DNA of 9,766 nt from Amoeboradix gromovi X-113 (lineage: Eukaryota > Fungi > Sanchytriomycota), in NCBI GenBank assembly GCA_018985225.1, contig JADGIF010000376.1, forward strand, positions 1 to 9,766, given 5' to 3'. Numbering within the stretch: the stretch's first letter is position 1; each line of letters begins with the position of its first letter. The notes below the pieces were generated by a model. It was not told where the DNA came from and ran no database searches. It saw only the letters and a list, made by a program, of their open reading frames with translations. Below are positions 9,058-9,766 of this stretch, piece after piece. The position numbers and the translations under genes are program-made.

Positions 9058-9645
9058 TTAATATTTTGACCGCTTAGTAGGAAGCCCAAGAGTGCAATCA
9101 GTGTATGACTTCTTTCTTTTAAACTTTGACTCATTGACTATTTTTGATTGACATTTTACCGAAAACAAACAAATTGAATTAATAGTTTTGCAGTGTACCA
9201 GCTTATGATCTTCAAGTCCCATGTAAGTGTCTTTAAAGGTTTTAAAAGCAAATTTGTTGTCTTTTTGCTCGATAGTAAATTGTTCAGAAGTGCCAATAGC
9301 AGCACTTTGAAATTCCCAGTTTGCGTTTAAATAAAATCCTTCTGCATTCATAATTCCTGTAAAGGATAGCAACTGCTTTATAACAAATACCTGCGCAACG
9401 TTAGTAGGTTCATTATCTATTTTTTGAACATGCATCAGTTGTATCGAGTCATAGCACAGGCACTTGCTTCCCTGAGAGATTATGGCAGGGCCATATATTT
9501 GGTCAGCTTTGAGGCAATCAAACCATAAGTTTGACTCATCTATTAGGTCTGTATTATTCTCAATTTCTGGCACAGTATTTGTGTCTTTCTTTTGCTTTTT
9601 GCTCTTGACGGTTCTTCCTTTAAATTGTAACTTTGTTGCTTTCAT
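9058..9645 (-). CDS. FRG1: FRG1-like protein (fascin-like beta-trefoil, spliceosome-associated); 195 aa unspliced, or 207 aa ending at 9001 if 9050..9070 is an intron
   Basis: N-terminal KLQFKG...KSKKQKK basic/NLS motif followed by an acidic linker, then W...IYGPAII, EPTNVAQVF, AIGTSEQF and FAFKTFKDTYM, matching the FRG1 layout. The ORF-track start at 9660 is TTG, so the first ATG at 9645 is used. Confidence 0.82.
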   Translation of the reverse strand: MKATKLQFKGRTVKSKKQKKDTNTVPEIENNTDLIDESNLWFDCLKADQIYGPAIISQGSKCLCYDSIQLMHVQKIDNEPTNVAQVFVIKQLLSFTGIMNAEGFYLNANWEFQSAAIGTSEQFTIEQKDNKFAFKTFKDTYMGLEDHKLVHCKTINSICLFSVKCQSKIVNESKFKRKKSYTDCTLGLPTKRSKY

Positions 9646-9766
9646 GGATATTAAACACAAGGAGTAGTTTTACAAGTTTTCAATTTCACAGCTTGACTAT
9701 TTTCTTGAATATATCATTTATCGCGAATTTGTATATATTTTTGTATCATTTCAAGACTTTTCCAAC

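Noticed and set aside
9646-9660. FRG1 N-terminal extension MCLIS from the ORF track
   Set aside because: It begins at TTG, a prokaryote-style alternative start. Family similarity starts just after the ATG at 9645.
1583-9667. Short track ORFs 1583..1789, 4876..5067, 5449..5652, 5579..5806, 6467..6655 and 9482..9667
   Set aside because: All are antisense shadows of well-supported genes and have no recognisable motifs.

Overview
AT-rich (roughly one-third GC by eye), very gene-dense eukaryotic nuclear DNA. The protein signatures look opisthokont/fungal-like, and the code is standard (TAG ends the PI4-kinase right after its conserved GIPY C-terminus). Four conserved housekeeping genes are present: a PI4-kinase III-alpha (STT4/PI4KA, +), the HOPS/CORVET subunit VPS11 (+), a class II eIF4E (4EHP-like, -) and an FRG1-like protein (-). 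The two large ORFs 312..3089 and 3128..5740 are best read as one ~1802-aa STT4 gene interrupted by a 20-nt GT-AG intron (3070..3089). That is near the lower size limit known for spliceosomal introns and is the main finding. Two more candidate micro-introns (21 nt in FRG1, 24/27 nt in-frame in STT4), spacers of only 22 and 45 nt, and an unexplained self-complementary ~280-nt segment between eIF4E and FRG1 deserve follow-up. I see no mobile element, CRISPR, rRNA or tRNA. The organism cannot be named from the sequence alone.
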